Assembly: GCA_951406725.2 (NCBI GenBank)
Contig: OX597817.1
Coordinates: forward strand, 62,558,001 to 62,622,000
Origin: Octopus vulgaris
Lineage: Eukaryota
Length of the DNA stretch: 64,000 nt
Direction of reading: 5' to 3'
Part shown: piece by piece, positions 31,516 through 44,063 of the stretch
Position numbering within the stretch: the stretch's first letter is position 1
Layout: each line of letters opens with the position of its first letter
The notes under the pieces: generated by a model
What the model was told of the DNA's origin: nothing
The model's database searches: none
Seen by the model: the letters and a program-made list of their open reading frames with translations, nothing else
Translations under genes and position numbers: made by a program

Positions 31516-31757
31516 TATAATTGTCACTAAACGTGACGAAGGTTTTAAAAAATACCTACATTACTAGAAATGGGAGCTAAAATACTCTAATTTTGTAGTT
31601 AACGCACATGAATGAAAATATATACACCAACAGGAACCATAATAGTCCGAAAATACCGACCGAGAATTCTTAGTGTATGTGTTTTAGAGCATTTTAGCCC
31701 TTATTTCTAGCAATGTAGGTGTTTTTAACACCCTTGTCGCATTTAGTGACAATTATA
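31516..31757. mobile_element. MITE with ~75-bp imperfect TIRs; a partial sister copy lies at ~31227-31320
   Basis: TATAATTGTCACTAAA..CCTACATTACTAGAAAT..GCTAAAATACTCTAA versus TTAGAGCATTTTAGC..ATTTCTAGCAATGTAGG..TTTAGTGACAATTATA. Confidence 0.8.
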
Positions 31758-32080
31758 TATATATATATACGCGTACACCCATGCACACGTGCGTACACAC
31801 AAACACACACTTACATAAATATTTATAAAAATATGTAATTGTAAGATCCAAGGATCGAGGTGTAGGAAGTCAGTAAGCTTCACGCAGTCCGGGATCTCCG
31901 GCAAGTTAACTTGGTATTCCTTAATAACAATGCATCCTTCATATAACTAAGGTATCTTCGGCTTCATGAATAGCTAGTGGAGTACCTCTTGTTGATTAAT
32001 ATTATTACTTCTGAGATTCTGCTCACCAGGAAGCATATGTTGCCTGGATCTTACCTATCTACTTCACTCCTTCAATTTGG

Positions 32081-32120
<40 letters not shown>

Positions 32121-32867
32121 TTCACATTTTATTAATTCTGCATTGTTTTATTCCAACACACCGATATTCCGCAATGCACATGTTAACTAAAACTTACATT
32201 GGGTAACGAAACCCCAAAGCGTTTTTAGAGCCCTGTATCGGTTATATGAAGACGTTGGTCTCCCTTTTAATTTATCCTTCCAAGTAATTCTAAGTAGACA
32301 ATCAGAGAGAAATAATTCTTTTGTATTATATTACTCCTGATTACATTCACGTCCTTCGCGTATTAAATGTCACATACATCATTGTATTTATGTATCCTAC
32401 ACTAACTTGGCATTGGGTGATATTATACATATAAATAATTTGATATCATCGGTTCTCACTTCATTCTCCTCTACAGTAGAGATCAATGTTTCCGTTTCAA
32501 GGTTTAGGTCAAAATTATTTATTTATCACCATATTTCATCTACAACCACACTTTCATCCACTTCCTGAAAAAATATTTTCTCCATAGATTTTTCTTGACA
32601 TAGATTTTTCGTTTTATTATGACTATTGCATCTCGTGGTGCCATATATATTTTTCAGACTTTTGAAGCCTAAATTTTCTTCTTTTGCATATTGCTTCTGG
32701 TTGCATTTCTACACTATTATTTACATACGATGCTACATTATTTTCTTCTGTCAATATACATTATTTAAAAGTAATCAATCCTTTTAGGTAAAGCAGTATT
32801 ACTAATAACAATTCCAGGGAACGAAGCGAAGCACAATATATTCCTATAATTTTCACTGGTCTCCAAC

Positions 32868-33030
32868 ACCAAAGACTGGTTGGAAAGGAATGGTATTAAA
32901 AGGCTTCCATAGTCAAACCAGTCACCAGATATGAACTCTATTGAACACTTCTGTGGCATAACGGACAGAATACTTCATAGAAAGAAAAAGAAAGCATCTT
33001 CAAAACCAGATTTTTTGAGTTTACTCCATC
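32868..33030 (+). repeat. 163-bp near-identical copy of the Tc1 pseudogene segment 35401-35563
   Basis: Two mismatches seen by eye over 163 bp. Confidence 0.95.
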
Positions 33031-33857
33031 TGCTCCGAAGTCCATCAGATCAAATTCAGAAAGATAGAAACAAAAATGAACATAGATGGGATTTGAACTC
33101 AAAACATAAACGTGTCTACATACTACAGTTTGTTTTGTCTGACTCTTTACTAATTCTACCCAGCCGCTACAATGTCAGTAGGAAAAGTCTTAGTAAACTA
33201 AACCACTCCCTTTTGAGGTTCGGTCACTATATTTAAAAGGAATATAGCTTATGTGTAAATAGATATTATCGTGTGTTTTATTATAGAGCCAACTGTCACC
33301 AGTGACGGAATATAGTTTGGTAGCATTTATCTATCATGCTTTCGCTGATTGTTTTAGAAGCCTATGTAGTCATGAATAGACATAGACATTCTCATGCGTT
33401 TTCCACCCTCTGACCTACCGGTACATTCAGGATGAACAAGCTGGAAGAAGAGAAAGAGGGAGAGAGAGAGAGAGAGAGAGAGAGCTGCACCAACATTCTG
33501 TTGGTACTCGGCTGTCTGACCTGCGACAAGGTGATATGAAGTGCCTTACTCATGGAGACAGCGCACCAGTAACTGAACCCATGATATTATGATTGAGAGG
33601 TGAGCATCGAAACTAACAACGGCTTTTAATTTAGACACAAGGCCCGCAATTTCGAGCGGACAGGGTAAGTCATTGACGTCGGCCACCCCCAGTACTTGGA
33701 TCGTGCTTTCCTTTAGCAATACCGTAAGGATGATAGATAAAGCTGACCTTGATAGCATCTGAAATCCAAAAGAAACACCGCAAAGTAATTATCCAACGCT
33801 CAAACGATTCTGCTAGGTTACCTCTCTATGGTATACCAATAATAAAAGGGATAATGT

Positions 33858-34097
33858 TCCTTCTCCAGTCATATAGATTCATAGGGCCGGTTTCCCGGCT
33901 TCTGCAGAGTATAATTCCCCTTTGGACGGGACGCTGGTCAGTCGCAAAAATACTCATTTTTGCCAGTTGAGTGAAATGGAGCAACGTAAAATGAAGTGTT
34001 TTGCTCAAGAACACAACGCATCATTCTGTCCAAAAATCGAAATTACAATCTTAGTATCATGAGTCCAACACCCCAGCCACTAAGCCACGCGCCTCAC
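33858..34097 (-). mobile_element. SINE family C copy
   Basis: Reverse complement of the element at 42308-42565 (CCACTAAGCCACGCGCCTC head, AAGTGTTTTGCTCAAGAACACAACGC, GGACGGGACGCTGGTC). Confidence 0.85.
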
Positions 34098-34607
34098 ATA
34101 TACACTTACAATAGTGACTATAGTAAATTGAAGATCCCTCAGTAATAATCGGTTTAGGGCTGAAATTCCAACAGAAGAGTGAAACTAATCAGGTTTGATT
34201 CCACTTTTAGTGTCCATGAAAATATTGTATAAAAATGAAAGGTCTCTACCTATGTCGTTGTATACAGTGTTGGATTTGGCTAAAACTTATAGTTCATTTT
34301 GAAAGTAAAATGAAATGCTGTTAACGAACCAGTAATTCATTAATCGTGCTGCTTGTCATCAATGCATTAAGTATTTATATCTCTCTATCCCATTTACTTA
34401 AGCTCTAAGGCTTAAAGGATTTCCAAGCATTATTACTGCGAACTCTTGAAGACGGGACTCAATGGTTAGTGCATCAACTCAGAATTGAAACAAATTCGGA
34501 TTATATTTCCTTTGTTGCCTACCACGTATTGTATATAATAACAGTGTATTTGCGTGTTTGCATTTTTCTCTACATTCCGGGTTCAATAACATATACATAT
34601 ATCTATA

Positions 34608-35672
34608 TACATGACAGAAGTAAATAAACACCTCATAAAACATCGTTTTATGTCTATTTTAACTTGAAAAGGTTTATATCTTTTTAGTAATTGAAATTTT
34701 TATGTTCCGGGTTCTATAGGTGACTGTTTAATCATGCCACATACAAAAGAAGCCTTGGAACTGACCGAATTTCAAAGAGGCTGTATTGTGGGTCAATCTG
34801 AAGGTGGACTTCGTGTAAAATCGCAGAAAACCTTGATATTCCGCTTTCTACAGTTAATAGAATGACTGTGCAATTCACCAGAGAAGAGAAGGAGTCAATA
34901 TCACTTCACCAAGGTTGACCAGAGCCCTCTGTTAAGAGGATAATCCTCATTGCAAGGCCTCTAACATAGCTGAACAAGTTGATTTAGGGTCCCAGAGCAG
35001 CTGCCAGGTATCTCTACAAACTTGGCCACTATGGCAGAGCAGCAAGAAAGAAGCCACTTCTTCGACCAGCCAATATCAAGCGGAAAAATGATTGGGCCAG
35101 TGAGATGGTGGAAAGGCCACTGTCATATTCTGTGATAGTCGAGATTTGCTCTATTTTCTGACAGTGGTCGAGTGTGTGTCTGGAAACTCAGTGATCAAGA
35201 ATTTCGCGTGAAAAGATTGCAGCCTACAATGAAACACTGCAGCTATTCTGTGATGTCTGGGGAGAAATTTGAAGCAATGGTGGGATCAGTGCTGGTGTAC
35301 TGTGAAGAAAATATAAACTCAGATAAATATTCAGTGGTGAAAATATTTAAAGAAGAATTTATTTATGGAAGGTGTGGTTCCTTGTCACATGGCTAAAAAG
35401 ACCAAAGACTGGTTGGAAAGGAATGGTATTAAAAGGCTTCCATAGTCAAACCAGTCACCAGATATGAACTTTATTGAACACTTCTGTGGCATAACGGACA
35501 GAATACTTCATAGAAAGAAAAAGAAAGCATCTTCAAAGCCAGATTTTTTGAGTTTACTCCATCAAATTTGGCAAGAAATTCCTCATCAGAATATTCGTCC
35601 CATGATCAGTAGCATGCCTAATGGGGTCCTTGCATTGGAAAACATGTGAAGGGGATGTGTAGCAAATATTAA
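34608..35672 (+). pseudogene. Tc1-family DDE transposase pseudogene with putative left TIR
   Basis: ATG at 34734: MPHTKEALELTEFQRGCIVG..KIAENLDIPLSTVNR; GRAARKKPLL; VIF.D(E)SRF..FSDSGRVCVW; QPTMKH; PCHMAKKTKDWL; P*SNQSPDMNFIEH; ISSMP..SKY* (stop 35670-35672). Several frameshifts. Left end TACATGACAGAAGTAAATAAACACC; no matching right TIR found. Confidence 0.9.
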
Positions 35673-36022
35673 GTATTTACATTATATACATATATATATT
35701 TTTAAAATATATTATTATTAATATTAGGAAATCAATATCAAAACTCCTCAGAAAGATACACGTGTGAAAAAATAATAGTTGGATTAAAAATAATTAAATA
35801 AATAAATATAAATATGTATCAAAATATATGTAAATATGTATAGGTATAAATACATAATGTATATGACAGTTTAAAAGTTTACATTATATTATCATTTACA
35901 TTATAATAATAAATAATTTGAATGTATAATTTCAGATTTAAATAAACTTCAATTATAAGAGTTGTCTATTTACATTTGTCATGTCTGTGTGCATGCATGC
36001 GTAGGAGAGTATGTGTGTGTTT

Positions 36023-36058
<36 letters not shown>

Positions 36059-36059
36059 G

Positions 36060-36302
36060 TGTGTGTGATGGGGGTACAAATACAGACACAAACACACAAA
36101 CACACACACACACATGTATATATATATGTATACGAGGGGCTTCTTTCAGTTTCCGTCAACCAAATCCAATCACAAGGCTTTGGTCGGCCCGAGGCTTTAG
36201 TAGAAAATGCTTGCCCAAGGCACCATTGCGTGACACCTTGTGCAAGTGGGACTGAACCCAGAACCATGGGGTTGGGAAACAAGCTTCTTACCACGCAGCC
36301 AC
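36060..36302 (-). mobile_element. SINE family B 5' part, followed by (GATA)n
   Basis: CTTCTTTCAGTTTCCGTCAACCAAATCC..GGTCGGCCCGAGGC..GGGACTGAACCCAGAACCATG. Confidence 0.85.
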
Positions 36303-36310
36303 AATCAAAT

Positions 36311-36421
<111 letters not shown>

Positions 36422-37842
36422 ACAGATAGATAGATACTTTTGTGCATTACAGAGTACATGATGGAGTTTTGAAAATAATATGAATCGACGACCGCTCTTT
36501 GTCTCCGTTCTTGGCGTGTCACAAAATATTGTTCCATTACTGAATTCCAACAACTGCCTAATATTTATGCAGATCTCGCTTCTGAATAGGAATGTCCAGC
36601 TGTCTGCATATTTCCCAATGGAAAATATCCAGTTGTTTTGTCATATCTATGGAGATATACAGACTTATTACATTGGGACATTTATTGTCATATGCTATGG
36701 TGCTAATGGCTGCCATTTTATGTTGCATAGTGAAATACCACAGTAGTATTGTTGTCAGCCTACACTAATACACTTTTCAAAGTCTTTCTTTCGTGTTCTT
36801 TTATATTTTATGCACTCTCCTACGTACATTTAGATTCTAAACTTTATAGTTAATGATTTATATCAGGCACATACCATTAATAGCTGACTTTCTATATCAA
36901 CTTTTGGGAAAATTGTTTTTGACATAATTATTTTTATCACGGCTATTCCGAAGTTAATGATGAAAATGTTCCCATATATACTTTCCTGGATGAAAGAAAA
37001 AGGAATAGGTTTATACTTTCTGTGGAAACTACATGAAAAGAAGGAAGAAACACGTTTATGCATCAGTGTCTATAGAAGCTAAGACAAGAAAGAAACAGTT
37101 TATTAAGGGTTTTGAGCGGTATAAGAAATCACAGAGGCTGTACATTATAATCACAGATTTCTTTAAATCAAGATATATCATTATATTTTGTTCAGTATAC
37201 GATTTCTATTTCCTTCTGAACTATTTACTAGATTTTGTCCGCGTCACCACGAAATCTTCGCAAGGTTCAAGATTGCTAAACTTACAACCAAAAGAAGTAT
37301 GCCTTGTATACGGTTAGTCTCCGATCGTTAGATGAAGACAGATTTCACAATCAACAGATCATCATTATATAACTTTAATTTCATTATGATACGTCCCAAC
37401 AAATCTTATTCCATTTGAATCTTGAGAATGGAAAACTACGAGATGCCAGGATTGTCGTGCAATTTAAACATCCAAATCGAGTAGAAGCAGAAAAAGAAGA
37501 CATTCATGTTTAAAAGCACATAGTCTGCTTTTTTAAAGTTGATGTCTTATTTGTAATAGTACAGCTAAAATACAAGTATATTTACTGTCACCAGACCGGT
37601 ACATCTTATCTGAGCAGTCAACAGAACTTAAAATGGCCCCAAAAAGAAACACTCTCTCCCTCTTTTTTTTCGCTTTCTCTCACTCTCTCTCTCCCCTTCT
37701 ATCTCTCTCTCTCTCTCACTCTCGCTCTCTAGCTAACTCTCTGTCTTTTATTTTTTCTGCACATTAATGCCATTAAAATGTACTTGCATTTCTTATCCCT
37801 CTGCAGTGATGTTATGTAATATTTACATTTATATCTCCTAAC

Positions 37843-38028
37843 CTCCCTTAAAGAACATTCTCCAGTTAAAGTTACATAAATGCTTGTCAAAATACGGAGG
37901 TTACAGTTTCTAGCCAAAGTACGCAATAAGACTATTGGACACCTTTTATTAGTAGTTCCATCCGGAGGAGTGGGCAGCGCCCGTGTTCTTCCCAGGCACA
38001 GCAAGACTGTAAGAATGATGCCTTTCAT
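37843..38028 (-). CDS. Speculative first coding exon of a small secreted, Cys-containing precursor
   Basis: AAAATC-ATG context; MKGIILTVLLCLGRTRA (signal-peptide-like), LPTPPDGTTN-KR (dibasic site), CPIVLLRTLARNCNLRILTSIYVTLTGECSLRE, then a GAG|GTTAGG donor. Lies in a non-repetitive island. No family recognised. Confidence 0.3.
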
Positions 38029-39291
38029 GATTTTATTTGGATCAAATCAATGTAATCAAGTATATTGTAGTTATTGCCGTTGTACAAAGGACTGCTTCGT
38101 CAATGTTGTATGTTTATAAATTGTATGGACGAAAGGAATGGAATAGGTAATTATTGTACTACACGTGTTTCAAAAGTTGCACCAAACGCACGTTATATAA
38201 CTTTAATTTGTTACATAATTATTCAGTGTTCTTTTTCACCAGGTACCTGCTATTTCTCATTTAGTAATCCTCCTGTAATGAATTCAACAACAGAAACCGC
38301 AAGACATTTGCACATTTGAACAATCAAGAGGGTGTGCCTAAACATTGAATTAGCAAAGTAACCAATCGTGTGCCGCAACATATATATATATATATATATA
38401 TATAATTGAGAAAAAAACACCTTTTATCAATTCAATAATGAAAAGTTAAATTATACCATTTAGAAAAATTACATATTATAGAAAGATTAAATATAAGATA
38501 AAACAGAACGATGATTAAGTAATGTGCAAAATAATAAATAAAACGTATATATTTGGTAGAATAATATTCCCTCATATTACTAATAAATATATATATATGT
38601 ATATATATGTGTGTGTGTCTATATGTATGTGTACAAAAACATGTGTATGATCATATATGCACACACACACACACACACACGTTTATATATACATACATAG
38701 CGGTGATTACACCACAGCCATATCGACCGAAGGTCTACCATATTTGTACACATATGTGTGTGCATGAGTGTGTGTATGCGTGTGTGTGTGTGTTGGTAGG
38801 GGAATGGCGCAGAAACCCCCACCCACCCACCCATTCATGTTTCTGTGGCGTTACATATATCCAGTATTATATTTACAACCTCATCTAGTATTCTTCCTTG
38901 TGTTACACAGCGTGACGTTATCCGATATATGTTTGACTATTGTTTCTAACCGGATCAATGCTTATTTAGAGGTCCCCATCTCGATTTGTACAAGTGTTGT
39001 GTTTCAAACACAAAAGAGAAATGAATTATGAGAAACCGTCTGTAGCTAAACAATTCGCTCTGTCTTTGATAAAAATATCATAATGGAAGAATGAATTTTA
39101 TCATAATGGAAAAATGAATTTTATTGAGCAAGAAATTTTGCTGCTTGCATATTGGCTTGTAGAACATTGTACATAATTCGGTGCCAAGGTTATTCGCAAG
39201 TAACGCAACCATGGGTGTGTGGATTACAAGTTTGCCACTTGACCATGTAGTTCAGTGTTTGGTATCATTGTCTTGTATTGAATGCATATAA

Positions 39292-39445
39292 TGTGTGGCT
39301 ATGTGGTAAGAAGCTTACTTCTTACATGGCTCCGGGTTCAGCCCCACTGTGTGGCTCCTAGGACAAGTGATTTCTACGATTGCCTCCAGAAGTGACCAAA
39401 GACTTGTGAGTAAGTTTGGTAGACAGAAACTGAAAGAAACTCGTC

Positions 39446-39482
<37 letters not shown>

Positions 39483-39540
39483 TATATATCTATGTGTGTG
39501 TGTGTGTGTGTGTGTTTGTCTCTCTCCCCATCACCACTTC
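39292..39540 (+). mobile_element. SINE family B 5' half
   Basis: GTGGCTATGTGGTAAGAAGCTT..GGGTTCAGCCCCACTG..TTTGGTAGACAGAAACTGAAAGAA-(TA)n(TG)n. Confidence 0.8.
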
Positions 39541-39831
39541 ACAAGTTCATATAGCTAGATCAGAAGCTTCATTCCCAGAAATTATATAGAGAGTATCTTA
39601 ACTCTATTGGGCTGTGTATAACATACACACATACACACACGCGTGCGCGCGTACACACACACACGCACACACACTCACGTACACACACACACACACATAC
39701 ATGCACTCATGCCAGTTTATATCCATATATCGTCATACGAACTGCCTACGCCGTATCTCTTCGCTTATTCGCTAAATTTGATTTCGATTTCAATACATAT
39801 AAATACCGCCTACATAACTTAAAAGATATAT

Positions 39832-41672
39832 ATAACTCAGATAACTTAGATTGGTTTCGGCCATTATCGGCACAGGTCATAACTAACTCAATAGCACCAC
39901 CTGGAAAAGTCTTGTAGTTAACTATTTCGGGACACCATTGACCAATCGAGCAGAGGGTCGTTGTTGGTTGAGATTTATCCAGGTGTAGGTATCTTATCCG
40001 GTATTTCCTGGAGGAATTTGTCCAGGTACCGTTTGAAAGTTGTGAGGTCTTTTTCTACTTTAATTTTTTGAGGGATAACATTGAAAAGTGCAGGACCATT
40101 CGCAGAGAAGAAATTGTGTCACAATGTTCTTATGTGATGTGATCTCGACCTTTGTAGGGGACGCATTGCACGGGGGCCCAGTTTTGGGTGAATTGTAAAC
40201 ATGTCAATATCATTTGGATAATATTGGTGGAATATTTTCCACATGGTGCAAATAATGTATCGCACACGGCGGCGTTGCAGAGAATAGAGCTTCAGCTGTG
40301 TAAGTCGAACCCAATAATCAAGTTCCATCATGCCATCTATTATTTTTTTGTATGTGTGATTGGTCTTTGTGGCGCTTCGATCCTTTTTATGTCTTGTTTT
40401 ATGTAGGGGGATCACAATGGGCAGCAGTATTCGAGGTGGGGCCTAGCGACTGTAGAGAAGAGAAGGATGATGGTTTCATGATCCCTAGATTAGAAAGTTC
40501 TGAGGATCCATGAGCACATTCTGCGGGCAACATGGACTTTTTGTGGATGTGCACACTCTAACTAAGGTTGCTGTCGGCAGTTACACCTAAGTCTCTGATA
40601 TTATCCGACGGTTCAATTAGGTCTCCTGACGGTAGTGTATATGGTTGTTTGAGTGTGCCCTTTTTCCAAAGTGGATGAGCTCAAATCTATTTCGTTCAAC
40701 TGCATATTGTTTTTGTTTTTTTGTACCCACTACGTTACTGCGTATAGATCCGATTGAAGCTTTGCTCGGTCATATGCCCCCTTAATGACTTTCTGGAGCT
40801 TAGAATCATCTACAAATATTTTTATGATGCTATGTTCTAATGAATCTGCAATGTCATTGATATAGACAATAAAAAGAAGTGGACCCAGTACACTACCCTG
40901 CGGGACTCCGCTGATGACTTTTCTGGTCTTAATTGAATGCCATCAACCACAACATCCTAGGTCCTGTTTGTTAGGAAATATCTAATCCGTTGAAGTAGCT
41001 TTCCACCGACTCCAGCGTTGGATAGTTTCTTTAACAGTATATTGTGGTTGACTCTATCAAAGGCTTTACTGAAATCAAGGTTTACGACATCCGCTTTGGA
41101 GCCTTCACTTAGTGCATTTAGATGTTATTCTTAGGCTGTTATTCTTGATCTCAACACTTTGATGATATGTGAGGTGAGAGAGATTGGACGGTAGTTTACA
41201 AGGAATAATTTATTCCCCTTTTTAAAGATAAGAACGACTGACTGGGAGAGAAGGTTTTGAGGGATAAAACCGGCGTCCAGTGGTTTCCTCCAGAGCTTTG
41301 CAAGAGGAGCTGCAAGTTACTACCTGCATTCCTTTAGCACTCTAGCAGGGAACCTGTCTGGACCCACTACCGAATCAGGTTTGATTTCTTTTATTGCTGC
41401 TAGGTTATCAGTGACGTCGAAGTTTATCTCGGAAAGGACATGTTGAGGATTCAGAGAAGCAAAGTTGCTGGAGTCAGCTAAATCAGGGTCACTGAAGACA
41501 GAGCAGAATTGATTTTGCAGGATCTCAGCCATATTTTTGGCATTACTGTGAATGATGTCGTTTCCGTCCGCCAGTGGGGCTATAGAGGAAACTGTGGTCC
41601 TATGTGTTTTTGCAAAGAAGTAAAAGACCTTAGGATTATTCTTGATGTTTTTAATAGCCCAGGTTTCCTCTG
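39832..41672 (-). pseudogene. 5'-truncated CR1-clade LINE: RT domain, C-terminus and 3' UTR
   Basis: Minus-strand motifs GPDRFPARVLKEC, NYRPISLTSHIIKV, DVVNLDFSKAFDRVNH, SGVPQGSVLGPLLFIVYIND, IFVDDSKL, RDLGV, RPHLEYCCPL, YSLQRRR and FKRYLDKFLQEIPD, with stops and frameshifts. Confidence 0.92.
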
Positions 41673-41679
41673 CTACACG

Positions 41680-41749
<70 letters not shown>

Positions 41750-42307
41750 CGTGGAGTATAACTAACATGTATAATGTAATGATATATTTGATCGTGCGTT
41801 TTTTACAAATATTTGAACCTTGACTTCAAAGCAATAAAATACTGTTAATGCGTAAGTCGAAAATATCTAGTAAATAAAACTTCTCTAAAAGATCATACAT
41901 GTAAGTAAATATCTTTAAATAATATAAGCTACATATACTCAAACAAACATGTACTATATACATATATATATATTTGCATATATATATATATGTATATATA
42001 TATATATCCATTCAGGTAAGGCAATATGTTATTCTACAAACTATTTCTCCTTTTCTATAATAAACGGCAACTTTGCTGTTGAATATTGCTCAAGTACGTG
42101 CCGGTACTCAATAAACACCGGTTACTCTCATTCTTAAATTGTTTCTAAATTATAAATTAACCATTCTGGTCATATGCTGTGACATGAAGCAATGTAAAGC
42201 TAATTAAACAAGACACAAGGTTTGTTTATGATTAGAATAACAAGGGAACTTCTGTTCATGAAAAATATCCAGTAAAACATTTGCACGATAGTATGAAGAG
42301 TGATTGT

Positions 42308-42565
42308 GGAGGCGCATGGCTTAGTAGTTAGGGTGTCAGCATCATGGTCGTAAGATTGTGGTTTCGATCCCTGGACTGGGCGACGCGTTTTGTTCTTGAG
42401 CAAAACACTTCATTTCACGTTGCTCTAGTCCACTCAGCTGGCAAAAATTAGTAACGCTGCGATGGACTGGCGTCCCGTCCAGCAGGGGAACATATACGCC
42501 ATTGAAACCGCGAAACAGGGCCCATGGCCCTGGGTAGGCTTTACAAGGGAGCATTTATTTTATTT
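42308..42565 (+). mobile_element. SINE family C full-length copy (tRNA head, CORE-like body) with 14-bp TSD
   Basis: A-box-like TGGCTTAGTAG and B-box-like GGTTTCGATCCC; GTTCTTGAGCAAAACACTTCAT; GCGATGGACTGGCGTCCCGTCCAG; (TTTTA) tail. TSD TATGAAGAGTGATT at 42292-42305 and 42566-42579. Confidence 0.92.
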
Positions 42566-42599
42566 TATGAAGAGTGATTATGGGTTTTCCCTTTTGTCT

Positions 42600-43262
<663 letters not shown>

Positions 43263-43407
43263 TAATGTATACACACTCTTGTACTTTTAATTTGATATCT
43301 CATTTTATTTTTCATTATCTATAATCCCAAATCTATACATTTTGCAACGCTCTCTCCAGAACTAAATAGTAAACTGTATGCAAAGTAATAAATTTTAATA
43401 ATAATGA

Positions 43408-43482
<75 letters not shown>

Positions 43483-43519
43483 GGGGAAGAGGAGGAGGAG
43501 CTGTAATAATAGTAATAAT

Positions 43520-43735
43520 CTCAAATATTGGCACAAATCCAGCAATTTCGAGGGAAGAGGTAAATCGATTACATCGACCCCACTGCTCAACTGGTACTTT
43601 ATTTTATCGACCACGAAAAGATGAAAAGTAAAGTCGAACTCACCGGGATCTGAATTCAGAACGTAGAGAACCGGAAAACGTAGCATATTGCATTTTGTCC
43701 GACACCCTAATCACTGCGCCTATCCAACGCCCTTC
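43520..43735 (-). mobile_element. SINE family A (older tail subtype)
   Basis: GGCACAAATCCAGCAATTTCG..CGATTACATCGACCCC..CTGGTACTTTATTTTATCGACC..GAATTCAGAACGT. Confidence 0.8.
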
Positions 43736-43916
43736 AAATAATCCTTTCTGTTATAGGCTCAAGACCAGAAAATGCTGAGGGTTGTTAACATTGGCTTCAG
43801 TGTTCAACTGGAATTTTTTTATCAACCCCGAACGGATGAAAATTTTAATTCGGCCTCGGCTGAAACGCCCTTTCAATAGAATAAAGGGTAAAGACATCCC
43901 TCGGTCAGGAATAACC

Positions 43917-44063
43917 TATTTTTTTACTACCCACAAGGGGCTGAACGCAGAGAGGACAAACAAGGGTAGACGAACGGATTAAGTCGATTATATCGACCCC
44001 AGTGCGTAACTGGTACTTATTTAATCTACCCCGAAAGGATGAAAGGCAAAGTCAACCTCGGCG
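43917..44063 (-). mobile_element. 5'-truncated young SINE family A copy
   Basis: TATTTTTTTACTACCCACAAGGGG...GAAAGGATGAAAGGCAAAGTCAACCTCGGCG is the reverse complement of the 3' part of 2983-3213. Confidence 0.92.

Noticed and set aside
42308-42385. tRNA-like sequences here and at 44125-44195, 44430-44498 and 51030-51107
   Set aside because: They are SINE heads: each continues into a SINE body, two of them with clear TSDs, and none shows a convincing cloverleaf.
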